Shown: piece after piece, positions 7,102 through 14,188 of the stretch | Layout of the letters: each line of letters starts with the position of its first letter | Position numbering within the stretch: position 1 is the stretch's first letter | The notes under the pieces: generated by a model | Told to the model about the DNA's origin: nothing | Database searches by the model: none | Seen by the model: the letters and a program-made list of their open reading frames with translations, nothing else | Virus record (IMG/VR): IMGVR_UViG_2597490124_000004 | DNA: 20,000 nt | Reading direction: 5' to 3' (one strand) | Source: an uncultured virus (IMG/VR IMGVR_UViG_2597490124_000004) | Lineage: Duplodnaviria > Heunggongvirae > Uroviricota > Caudoviricetes | Made by a program: the position numbers and the translations under genes

Positions 7102-7130
7102 ACGATAAACCATAGTTTATCGACAGTCAA
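7102..7130 (-). promoter_or_regulatory. PR-like sigma70 promoter for cro (leaderless)
   Basis: On the - strand: TTGACT-17 bp-TATCGT, then 6 nt to the cro ATG. No SD. Confidence 0.75.
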
Positions 7131-7165
7131 CTCTCGTTTATTGAACAAATATACAATTGTTTATA
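7103..7165. promoter_or_regulatory. OR-like operator cluster (3 sites, consensus ATAAAC-N4-GTTTAT)
   Basis: Perfect CGATAAAC-cata-GTTTATCG at 7103-7122. Degenerate GTCAAC-tctc-GTTTAT near 7126-7141 and ATATAC-aatt-GTTTAT near 7149-7164. Confidence 0.75.
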
Positions 7166-7169
7166 GAGT
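7141..7169 (+). promoter_or_regulatory. PRM-like promoter for the repressor (leaderless)
   Basis: TTGAAC-17 bp-TAGAGT, then 7 nt to the ATG at 7177. No SD. Confidence 0.65.
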
Positions 7170-7176
7170 CCGGCTC

Positions 7177-7578
7177 ATGGCACTCGGAAAGAACGTCGCA
7201 CGACTACGCACCCTGACGGGCGAGACCCGTCCGGACCTTGCACGCGCGATCGGCATCGAATCACAGCAGCCGATCTACGCGCTGGAATCGCGCGACAGCA
7301 GCCGGTCGGATCTGGCACCGAAGCTGGCAAAGCACTTCCAAATTGATTTGAACGTGTTGCTCGAAGACGATTTGACGCATCTCGACAACGCGGGTCTTGA
7401 CGCGCTTCGCCGATCGCGAAAGCCTCCCCCTGGATCGGGGAAGAAAGTGAAGATTCAGGAGCAGTTTGAAGCGGCGCCCGAGCCGATACAACAGGCGGTC
7501 CGCGACCTCCTCGATCTGCCCATTGCGGACGCCGAAAAGGTCGCAGCCCTGATAGCCGCATTTCGCGGCAGTCGTTAG
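7177..7578 (+). CDS. cI: CI-like XRE/HTH repressor, 133 aa, no S24 peptidase domain
   Basis: LGKNVARLRTLTGETRPDLARAIGIESQQPIYALESRDS is an HTH. Divergent from cro across the operators. Confidence 0.8.
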   Translation: MALGKNVARLRTLTGETRPDLARAIGIESQQPIYALESRDSSRSDLAPKLAKHFQIDLNVLLEDDLTHLDNAGLDALRRSRKPPPGSGKKVKIQEQFEAAPEPIQQAVRDLLDLPIADAEKVAALIAAFRGSR

Positions 7579-7838
7579 TGAACGTCTTGCAAAGTTTGCG
7601 CTATTGACTCGACGGCGTCGTCTATGTCAACACAGACGTCCCCGGCAATCCAATTTCCACACCGTGCGAGATCACGCGCTATGCGCGCTTGATCTGATCG
7701 CTCAGACAGCGCATCGATCGCAGAGAAGATCGCTTGTAAGTGACGAATTCTCTCTGCCGCGAGTAGCCCGAGATCCTTTGCCATAAGGCTCACAGACTGC
7801 AGCGCTCCCGCGGCAAACTCCTTGCTGTATTTCTTCAA
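7575..7838 (-). CDS. Hypothetical helical protein (87 aa), convergent with cI
   Basis: GAGG RBS then TTG at 7838. Its stop overlaps the cI stop. Confidence 0.55.
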   Translation of the reverse strand: MKKYSKEFAAGALQSVSLMAKDLGLLAAERIRHLQAIFSAIDALSERSDQARIARDLARCGNWIAGDVCVDIDDAVESIAQTLQDVH

Positions 7839-7923
7839 GTTGCCACCTCGTAGGTCAGATTGAACGCGCTCGCAAGGTCGACGCCTCCCAGGATCTTTCA
7901 TGGAGAGGCGCGCCCAATCGTCA

Positions 7924-9213
7924 TTACTTCCTGCGAGGCTGCCAGAGAGAGACAGCAATCAAGCTCACGATGGCCGTTGCGATTACATAGAATGCCGGCG
8001 CAAGATTGTTGTGCGTCGTCGCGATCGCCCAGGTGATGATCGCGGCAGAGAATCCGCCGAACGTGATCACGGCAAGGTTGTACGAAATCGAAATCCCCGT
8101 CGACAACACGCCATCCGGGAACATGTCGCTGAGCGCCGCAAGAATCGGCCCCTCGTAGCCCGCGATCACGAGCCCAAACACGACCTGGAAGAGAAGCAGC
8201 GATTGTAGGCCGGGCTTGGCATTCAGCAGCGCAAACAACGGGTAGGCAGCGAGAATCGCAACAATCAGCGCCCCCGCAAGAAACCAGCGCCGCCCGAATC
8301 GATCGGAAAGGTGTCCAACGACGGGCGTAATGAACAAGACAATCGACGCGCCCACGAGCACCGCGATAAAACCCGTCGACGAAGCAAGCTTCAGAACCTT
8401 CGTTGCGTAGGTCGGGATGTAGAACAGCAAAACATAAGAGCACACCGTCCAGAAGACAACCAGACCGAATCCAACCAGTGCCTCACGAGAAAAGCTCCTG
8501 ACAACCTCGACTACTGGAGCGTGCCCTCCCTCGCGCCCGTCAGCATGGACGCCGGGTTCATTTAGCCTGCTGCGGATGTAGATGCCAACTGGGCCGAGCC
8601 CGAGCCCAAGCAGAAAGGGAATACGCCAACCCCAAGACTCAATCTGATGCTGATCGAGGCACTTCACGATAAACACCGCGAGAACAGACGCAAGGATAAT
8701 CGCGAAGCCGATACTCGCCTGAATCCAACTCGTGTAGTAGCCGTGTCGCTCAGCAGGCACGCGCTCCCGAAGGTACGCTGTCGCGCCTCCCATCTCACCG
8801 CCAGCCGAGAACCCCTGTAGCAAACGCGCGACGACGATCATCAATGGCGCACCGAGCCCGGCGTCGTTGTATGTCGGCGCGAAGCCGATCATCGCTGTCC
8901 CGACAGTCATCAGAGCAATAGTGACGGTAAGCGCCGTGCGGCGCCCTACTTTGTCTGCAATTCCGCCGATTACGATGCCACCAACAGGGCGCATAAAGAA
9001 ACCCACACCGATCGTGGATACCGACAGCAGTAAGGAAAGGTTATCGTCGGTAGATGGGAAAAACAGTTTCGCGATAATGACGGAAAAGAAACTGTACGAA
9101 ATGAAGTCGAACCACTCGAAACCATTGCCAACGATGACGGCAATGACCGCCCTCATATGTGCGTCGGCGCCCGCGCCCCGCGTGGCCCCACGCGCGTACG
9201 TTGATGATTGCAT
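7924..9213 (-). CDS. MFS transporter, metabolite:H+ symporter (ProP/CitA-like) family
   Basis: GNGFEWFDF, GFFMRPVGG, ADKVGRR, RLLQGFSAGGEMGG, WGWRIPFL, SDRFGRR. About 12 hydrophobic segments. Confidence 0.93.
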   Translation of the reverse strand: MQSSTYARGATRGAGADAHMRAVIAVIVGNGFEWFDFISYSFFSVIIAKLFFPSTDDNLSLLLSVSTIGVGFFMRPVGGIVIGGIADKVGRRTALTVTIALMTVGTAMIGFAPTYNDAGLGAPLMIVVARLLQGFSAGGEMGGATAYLRERVPAERHGYYTSWIQASIGFAIILASVLAVFIVKCLDQHQIESWGWRIPFLLGLGLGPVGIYIRSRLNEPGVHADGREGGHAPVVEVVRSFSREALVGFGLVVFWTVCSYVLLFYIPTYATKVLKLASSTGFIAVLVGASIVLFITPVVGHLSDRFGRRWFLAGALIVAILAAYPLFALLNAKPGLQSLLLFQVVFGLVIAGYEGPILAALSDMFPDGVLSTGISISYNLAVITFGGFSAAIITWAIATTHNNLAPAFYVIATAIVSLIAVSLWQPRRK

Positions 9214-9367
9214 TTTTTCGTGCCCTCGGATTTTTGAGTTATTACGATCATCGAACAAAATTTGATCGTGCACGAAATATTACGACCATTTACGAATTAC
9301 TTACTATGAAAAATTCTCTGTGCAGCCTGACTTACTGGAATGGTGCATGGTGAACCAATCGTCTGAT

Positions 9368-10267
9368 TTATACATGCGTGAGTAACCACTCCCGAAACAT
9401 AGTAACTGCCGGCGTGTCGCGGCGATCCGCGGGCCAGATGACCTGATACGCGCCGCGGAAGCTAGCATGCGCATCCGATGCCAAGACCAATTGCCCGGAC
9501 TGAACCAGCGGCGTGATCATGTGCTTCCAGCCCAGAATCACCCCGTGTCCGCGCAGCGCCAGTTGAAGCAATACTGGATAGCTGTTCGCCGCAATGGTGC
9601 GAGCTGGCCTAAATCCGATCTCGCCGGCAGTCAGGCGAAACCAGTCTCGCCAGCCCATCCACTGGCGTTGTTGCTCCTCCGCGACGAGTAACGTCGCCCC
9701 CATCAGTTCTTGCGGAGGCACGCGATGCCCCCCGAGAAATGCGGGCGCGCAGTAAGCGTAAACGTCTTCCTCGATGATCCTCGTGCCAACAATACCCGGG
9801 GGCGGCACATCTCGGATGTAGTAGACGCCGATATCGAATTCGGCCGCGTTCAGATTGAAGACCCCCTCTCGGACGAGTATCCGTACCGACACTTCCGGAT
9901 GGTCTGCGCTGAATTCAGCGATCCGATCCGCAAGAAACAGCGTCGCAGTACCTGATGCGCATGCAATTGTGATGCTATGCGGCGTCTGCTCTTTCATAAC
10001 AAGCGCGGTTGCCTCGGCGCAGTCAGCCAAAATCGCATGTACTCGGTCCGCGTACTGCTGACCCGCTCGGGTTAGATGCAGCGCTTTAGCATCACGGACG
10101 AAGAGCGTCATCCCAAGAAACGTCTCGAGTTTCACTACCTGCTTACTCACTGCACCTTGCGTCACGCTCAATTCCTCAGCAGCTCGCGTGAAATTGCCGT
10201 GCCTCGCGGCCGCGTCAAAGAAAACAAGGCACTGTAGGGGTGGGAGGGGTTGAATTCTCATGATCAT
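9368..10267 (-). CDS. LysR-family regulator (GcvA-like)
   Basis: LPPLQCLVFFDAAARHGNFTRAAEELSVTQGAVSKQVVKLE...LF.R, 299 aa. GGAGG lies 8 nt before the ATG at 10267. Confidence 0.93.
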   Translation of the reverse strand: MIMRIQPLPPLQCLVFFDAAARHGNFTRAAEELSVTQGAVSKQVVKLETFLGMTLFVRDAKALHLTRAGQQYADRVHAILADCAEATALVMKEQTPHSITIACASGTATLFLADRIAEFSADHPEVSVRILVREGVFNLNAAEFDIGVYYIRDVPPPGIVGTRIIEEDVYAYCAPAFLGGHRVPPQELMGATLLVAEEQQRQWMGWRDWFRLTAGEIGFRPARTIAANSYPVLLQLALRGHGVILGWKHMITPLVQSGQLVLASDAHASFRGAYQVIWPADRRDTPAVTMFREWLLTHV

Positions 10268-10350
10268 GTCCAATTCCTCCCCCGAATTTACCGGCTGATC
10301 TACTTCTTTGCCATGCGCATCCGCTCGCGTCCCCACTCAGCGGCAAAAAA

Positions 10351-10392
10351 CGACAAACTCTTGTTGACTGTCGATAAACTTCTGTTTATTCT
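10351..10392 (+). promoter_or_regulatory. OL operators and PL-like promoter
   Basis: TTGACT(10364)-17 bp-TATTCT(10387). Operators CGACAAAC-tctt-GTTGACTG and CGATAAAC-ttct-GTTTATTC match the OR sites. Confidence 0.8.
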
Positions 10393-10425
10393 TCGAGTCA
10401 TGCCGCAGCACTAATCGCTGCGCCA

Positions 10426-10451
10426 CCGCTCCGGCGGATCGATCTTTAAGA
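10426..10451 (+). promoter_or_regulatory. nut-like element: short hairpin plus boxA-like CGATCTTTAAGA
   Basis: CCGC-tccg-GCGG followed by CGATCTTTA (1 mismatch to boxA CGCTCTTTA), about 40 nt after the PL start. Confidence 0.45.
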
Positions 10452-10647
10452 GTGCCAGCGCACCGGGACCCGAGAGGGAGCAACCGGTCGTATCCAAGGC
10501 GGGATTCGAGAATGGGAGTGGCTTCCCTCGCCGAACAGCTTTGAGCAGATGAGCTCGTAACCGTCTGGTGAAACCTGTTTCTAAAGATAAGGACTACTAC
10601 GCGAGTGCATCGCCGTGCGCGCTCGTGACTCTTCGAAAGGAGAACCA

Positions 10648-10875
10648 GTGGAATCGAATCGGAAGATCCCAACCGTCTCGGTCGAGTGGTTGGAGAACGC
10701 GGCAGCTGATCTCGAGGTGAGCGCAAACGCGAGCCGTGAGACTTGGGCCCTGCTCGGTCTATCCCATCGGTACAGCGAGAACATCGGCCGCGCTCACGCT
10801 ATGCGACACGCGGCGCGCATGAAGCTCGACTACGACCGACGCATGTTCCTGCGTACGGTCGGGCTCAAGGTCTAG
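10648..10875 (+). CDS. Hypothetical phage protein (75 aa), first substantial gene of the PL operon
   Basis: AAGGAGA RBS then GTG at 10648. Confidence 0.7.
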   Translation: MESNRKIPTVSVEWLENAAADLEVSANASRETWALLGLSHRYSENIGRAHAMRHAARMKLDYDRRMFLRTVGLKV

Positions 10876-10885
10876 GAATTCGATC

Positions 10886-11017
10886 ATGAGCCAACCCGCA
10901 AAGAACCTGCTCGAGTTGCTCCGCATGCCTCGCGGTGCGCTTGTCGAGCATCTGCTGCGCGAAGTTGCGCAAGACCTGATCGCCCGGGCCGTCGTTGATG
11001 TCCGCGGCGGACGCTAG
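10886..11017 (+). CDS. Small phage protein (43 aa; MSQPAKNLLELLRMPRGALVEHLLREVAQDL...), absent from the ORF track
   Basis: AGGA RBS, ATG at 10886, TAG at 11015-11017. Tiles the operon. Confidence 0.6.
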   Translation: MSQPAKNLLELLRMPRGALVEHLLREVAQDLIARAVVDVRGGR

Positions 11018-11038
11018 CCACTCACGAATGGAGACACG

Positions 11039-11158
11039 ATGGAACGACAAATGATCAGTGAGTACATCCGCGGCTGGAACGATCGAGCACTCGGCCGCGC
11101 TCCCCGCGCCGGCACGATCGGCTACCGGCTCGGCTACAAGGACGCGCGCAAGAACTGA
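11039..11158 (+). CDS. Small phage protein (39 aa; MERQMISEYIRGWNDRALG...GYRLGYKDARKN), absent from the ORF track
   Basis: GGAGA RBS, ATG at 11039, TGA at 11156-11158. Contains YxxGW/YxxGY repeats. Confidence 0.6.
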   Translation: MERQMISEYIRGWNDRALGRAPRAGTIGYRLGYKDARKN

Positions 11159-11159
11159 T

Positions 11160-11282
11160 ATGAACATGCTCAAGGTTTGGGTAGGGGCAGCTGTAGCAGT
11201 CGCCATATTCCTCTTGCTGTGCGCGCATGCAGACGAGCGTGAAGACGCGCTCGAACAAACGGCGCCGCATCTTTCAACCTGA
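11160..11282 (+). CDS. Small single-pass membrane protein (40 aa)
   Basis: ATG 1 nt after the upstream stop. Hydrophobic VWVGAAVAVAIFLLLCA. Confidence 0.55.
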   Translation: MNMLKVWVGAAVAVAIFLLLCAHADEREDALEQTAPHLST

Positions 11283-11383
11283 TAGCGGACAAATCTCGGC
11301 AAAAGACTCCTCGCAATTAATTTCGCATTCCTAACTCCCGCTCGCCGCGCGCGGGATTTCCTCTCGGATAAGCGCGGCCTTTA

Positions 11384-11411
11384 AGGGTGGCCAGTTCGGC
11401 ACCCTCTTTTT
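11384..11411 (+). terminator. Intrinsic terminator-like hairpin
   Basis: AGGGTG...CACCCT stem followed by CTTTTT. Confidence 0.5.
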
Positions 11412-11415
11412 CCCC

Positions 11416-11526
11416 GCGGAGATTCAAGAGCGGACGCTCGGCGGTGGCGGTTGGGCTCCGTCACTCCGTTCACCTCATGCAACGCTGCCTTATGCGAGCG
11501 CTGAGTGTCCGCCCTTGAACCCCCGC
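11416..11526 (+). ncRNA. Structured non-coding RNA candidate (long closing stem with internal hairpin; C4/CI-antisense-like architecture)
   Basis: 11416-11443 pairs with 11499-11526 at 25 of 28 positions including G-U. Inner stem GUGGCGG/CCGUCAC. Confidence 0.55.
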
Positions 11527-11528
11527 TT

Positions 11529-11558
11529 TGCTGGCGCCTGCATGGGCCAGCACTTTTT
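11529..11558 (+). terminator. Intrinsic terminator-like hairpin
   Basis: TGCTGGC...GCCAGCA followed by CTTTTT. Confidence 0.55.
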
Positions 11559-11590
11559 CGAACTCCAATGATGCGCATGAGGGCCACACC

Positions 11591-12298
11591 ATGAAAGAAC
11601 TGCAACAAGCCGTATCCACCGCCTTCTCGAACATCGTCGCGGCCGGCGCGATCGAGGAGGCGATCGAAGAAAAGCTGACGAAGACGCTCACCGCGATCAT
11701 CGACGACGAACTCCGCTCGTACTCGACCTTCGGCGAGCAGCTGAAGGAACACGTCAAAACGGCGCTGCAAGTCGATTTTCGTAACCTCGGGCTGCCTGGA
11801 TACAACGACTTCATTCTCAAGGTCGTTCGGCAGCAGGTCGACGCGCAACTGGACGCAACGATCGCAACGCAGATCGAGCAGCAGATGAAGGAGTTGCTCG
11901 CGCCCGCCCCCGCCGAAATCAAGCTATCGCAACTCGTCGAGGAATTCATCAAGGACGAGCACACCGATCGGCAATACAGCTCGTGTTCGTGCGACGAATC
12001 GGATCGGATCACGCTGATTGTTCGCGCAGAGAGCGGCTTCACTTCGAAGTTCCACCACATTTACTTGGACGGCGAGTACGGCACCGAATCCCACGACTGC
12101 CCGTATCGGATCGACGTCCACGACGGCCGCGTGTACAGCATCCAACTCGACCGAAAAGACCCGAGCAAGACGCTGTTCGTCGGCCCCATGCACGGCTTCA
12201 AGCGCCGCCTGTTCCAGCTCTACGCCGCCGGCACGAAGCTGATCATCGACGGTGACGAGAACAGCATCAATACCTACTACCCGGGTCGTGACTACTGA
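11591..12298 (+). CDS. Hypothetical phage protein (235 aa)
   Basis: GAGGG RBS, ATG at 11591, strong GC3-type codon usage. Function not recognised. Confidence 0.8.
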   Translation: MKELQQAVSTAFSNIVAAGAIEEAIEEKLTKTLTAIIDDELRSYSTFGEQLKEHVKTALQVDFRNLGLPGYNDFILKVVRQQVDAQLDATIATQIEQQMKELLAPAPAEIKLSQLVEEFIKDEHTDRQYSSCSCDESDRITLIVRAESGFTSKFHHIYLDGEYGTESHDCPYRIDVHDGRVYSIQLDRKDPSKTLFVGPMHGFKRRLFQLYAAGTKLIIDGDENSINTYYPGRDY

Positions 12299-12312
12299 AC
12301 CGCGAGGCGAAC

Positions 12313-12651
12313 ATGACGAACGAAGCGATGCTCCAAAAGATCCCCGTCGTGCGTGACCAAGACGGCTATTTCATCCACCCCGATCTGCTCCACTTCTGGA
12401 TGGTCACGATGGGCGAAGCCGAGCATTGCACAGATGAACAGTGGGCCGCGCTCGAAGCACAGGCCGGCATCAAGACGACCATTTACCGCCTCGAAAACGA
12501 AAACATCGATCACCCGGCATACGTCTCGTACTTCGACAACGGAAACCTCGACATCACCGCATGGGATCCGTCTCCGGAGCCCGGCTGGTGGCTGCTTGAG
12601 ATCAGCGACAGCGAAGACGGCCCGTACGCGGTCTATGCAACCCACGCGTGA
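12313..12651 (+). CDS. Hypothetical phage protein (112 aa)
   Basis: GAGG RBS. PVVRDQDGYFIHPD...WDPSPEPGWWLLEISDSEDGP. Confidence 0.8.
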   Translation: MTNEAMLQKIPVVRDQDGYFIHPDLLHFWMVTMGEAEHCTDEQWAALEAQAGIKTTIYRLENENIDHPAYVSYFDNGNLDITAWDPSPEPGWWLLEISDSEDGPYAVYATHA

Positions 12652-12659
12652 GGATCGTC

Positions 12660-13904
12660 ATGACCACCGATAAGAGCCGCGCTGATGCGCTGACGGACGA
12701 ACGACGCATGGCAATCATTTTGCAGGTGATCGACGAACGCGACCGGGCCGAAGAAGTCGGCACACGTCTCGCCAACGCGGTCGGCGAATTTCTCGGCGTG
12801 GATGTCGGGGAATGGTCGAGCGCCAACGATCCGATCCTCGTGGCGATCGAGGCGCTCGAATCACGCGCCCCTCGCGCTGAGGTGGCGGGAGCGGTGCCGG
12901 AGGGGTGGAAGCTTGTGCCGATTGATCCGACGGTGGAAATGCTGACCTTCGTCTACGATCCAGACGCAGACGATTCTCCGTCGGAGCGCTATGCGGCATT
13001 ACTCGCCGCCGCCCCGCAACCTCCCTCCGCAGATGCAGCGGCAGCACCGAAACCTGCAGCGGAACCTCACTCTGACGATATCGCGGTGGATACCTTCGCT
13101 CGCGTTATGAAAGACAAGCTAGCACAGGCGCGCGCGAAAGGCCGTGGCGGCTGGGAGATGTGCGACCGGCGCGAGCTCTCCCGGACGCTTCACGAGCACA
13201 TCGAGAAAGGCGACCCGCGCGACGTGGCGAATTTCTGCATGATGCTCTGGCATCACGGCGTGGCAATCTCTCCCGCGCAGCCCGCAGCGGCAGCGGGGCA
13301 AGAGGCGGCGATCTATCAGGTGTGGATTGAGGAGACCAGCTCCTACGCAGACGTGACCGAGGAGTACTACCGCGAGCGCCAGCCGAGCAAACGGCGCATC
13401 GTCTACGCCGATCCCGTCGCCGCAGATGCAGCGGCAGCACTGGCAGACGAGCGGGCGGCGTTCGAGGAAAAGTTTCCGATGCCCAGTCAAACCGAGCGCT
13501 GCGGAAACGGTTATGCCGCTACCGGCTACAACGCGTGGGACGCCCATAAGTTCATCGCCCGATGGGAAGGCTGGCAAGCCCGCGCAGCAGCATCGCAGCC
13601 CGCAGCGGCAGCGGGGCAAGAGGCGGTGGCGTGGGAGACGACCCATCCTGCCGTTTGCACGCCGATCACGAAAGAGCCTCTGATTGCGGCTGATTGGCGC
13701 GAGCAGGGGTGGCACGTTGTCCCGCTCTACACCACCCCGCCCGCGCAGGTCGCCACTCGGCAGGGGCTGACGGATGAGCAGATCATCGAGTGCGCCGGGA
13801 AATATCGAATCGACCACTACGGCGATTATTCGCGAAACGCGTCTGAGCACACGCGTGATTTGCTCGCGTTCGCCCACGCCCTTCTCGACGGAGCCAAGCA
13901 ATGA
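12660..13904 (+). CDS. Mosaic multi-module phage protein (Ea/Ead-like accessory type)
   Basis: GAGGA RBS, ATG at 12660. Short domains separated by repeated linkers ADAAAA and QPAAAAGQEA. Contains VPEGWKLVPIDPT and MKDKLAQARAKGRGGW...GDPRDVANFCMML modules. Confidence 0.8.
   Translation: MTTDKSRADALTDERRMAIILQVIDERDRAEEVGTRLANAVGEFLGVDVGEWSSANDPILVAIEALESRAPRAEVAGAVPEGWKLVPIDPTVEMLTFVYDPDADDSPSERYAALLAAAPQPPSADAAAAPKPAAEPHSDDIAVDTFARVMKDKLAQARAKGRGGWEMCDRRELSRTLHEHIEKGDPRDVANFCMMLWHHGVAISPAQPAAAAGQEAAIYQVWIEETSSYADVTEEYYRERQPSKRRIVYADPVAADAAAALADERAAFEEKFPMPSQTERCGNGYAATGYNAWDAHKFIARWEGWQARAAASQPAAAAGQEAVAWETTHPAVCTPITKEPLIAADWREQGWHVVPLYTTPPAQVATRQGLTDEQIIECAGKYRIDHYGDYSRNASEHTRDLLAFAHALLDGAKQ
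13027..13626 (+). repeat. Two interleaved perfect direct repeats (A-B-A-B)
   Basis: A, 21 bp CCGCAGATGCAGCGGCAGCAC at 13027 and 13420. B, 33 bp CGCAGCCCGCAGCGGCAGCGGGGCAAGAGGCGG at 13276 and 13594. Confidence 0.9.
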
Positions 13905-14188
13905 GCGCCCTGATCAATCTGCCGGGTGTCGCTGGCGGCCGAATCGACGACGTTCCGTTTTTCAATTCGGTATCGCAGGCGATCCGCCTGCTTAGTACAT
14001 ATCGGGCATGTACTGGCGCAGGCGACCACGGAGCGGCAACCGTCTATCGAGGCGATGACGGTCGATTCCGCTGCATGTTTCATCGTCGCTGCATCGAACT
14101 CGATCAAACGATCGTTTATACGAAGAAGGATGTCCGACGCTGGCTCGTCGAGTGGTATCCGCGAGTCCATGAAGGGAGCCAAGCATGA
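13901..14188 (+). CDS. Hypothetical phage protein (95 aa)
   Basis: GGAG RBS and ATGA overlaps at both ends. Confidence 0.7.
   Translation: MSALINLPGVAGGRIDDVPFFNSVSQAIRLLSTYRACTGAGDHGAATVYRGDDGRFRCMFHRRCIELDQTIVYTKKDVRRWLVEWYPRVHEGSQA

Noticed and set aside
9290..9325. Possible LysR T-N11-A box upstream of the MFS gene
   Set aside because: The region is AT-rich and I could not identify a convincing dyad, so no site is called.
5914..10599. Identical 12-mer TAAGGACTACTA at 5914-5925 and 10588-10599, both intergenic
   Set aside because: Two copies of a 12-mer in 20 kb can arise by chance, and it has no symmetry or third copy. It would become interesting only if conserved at both positions in related phages.
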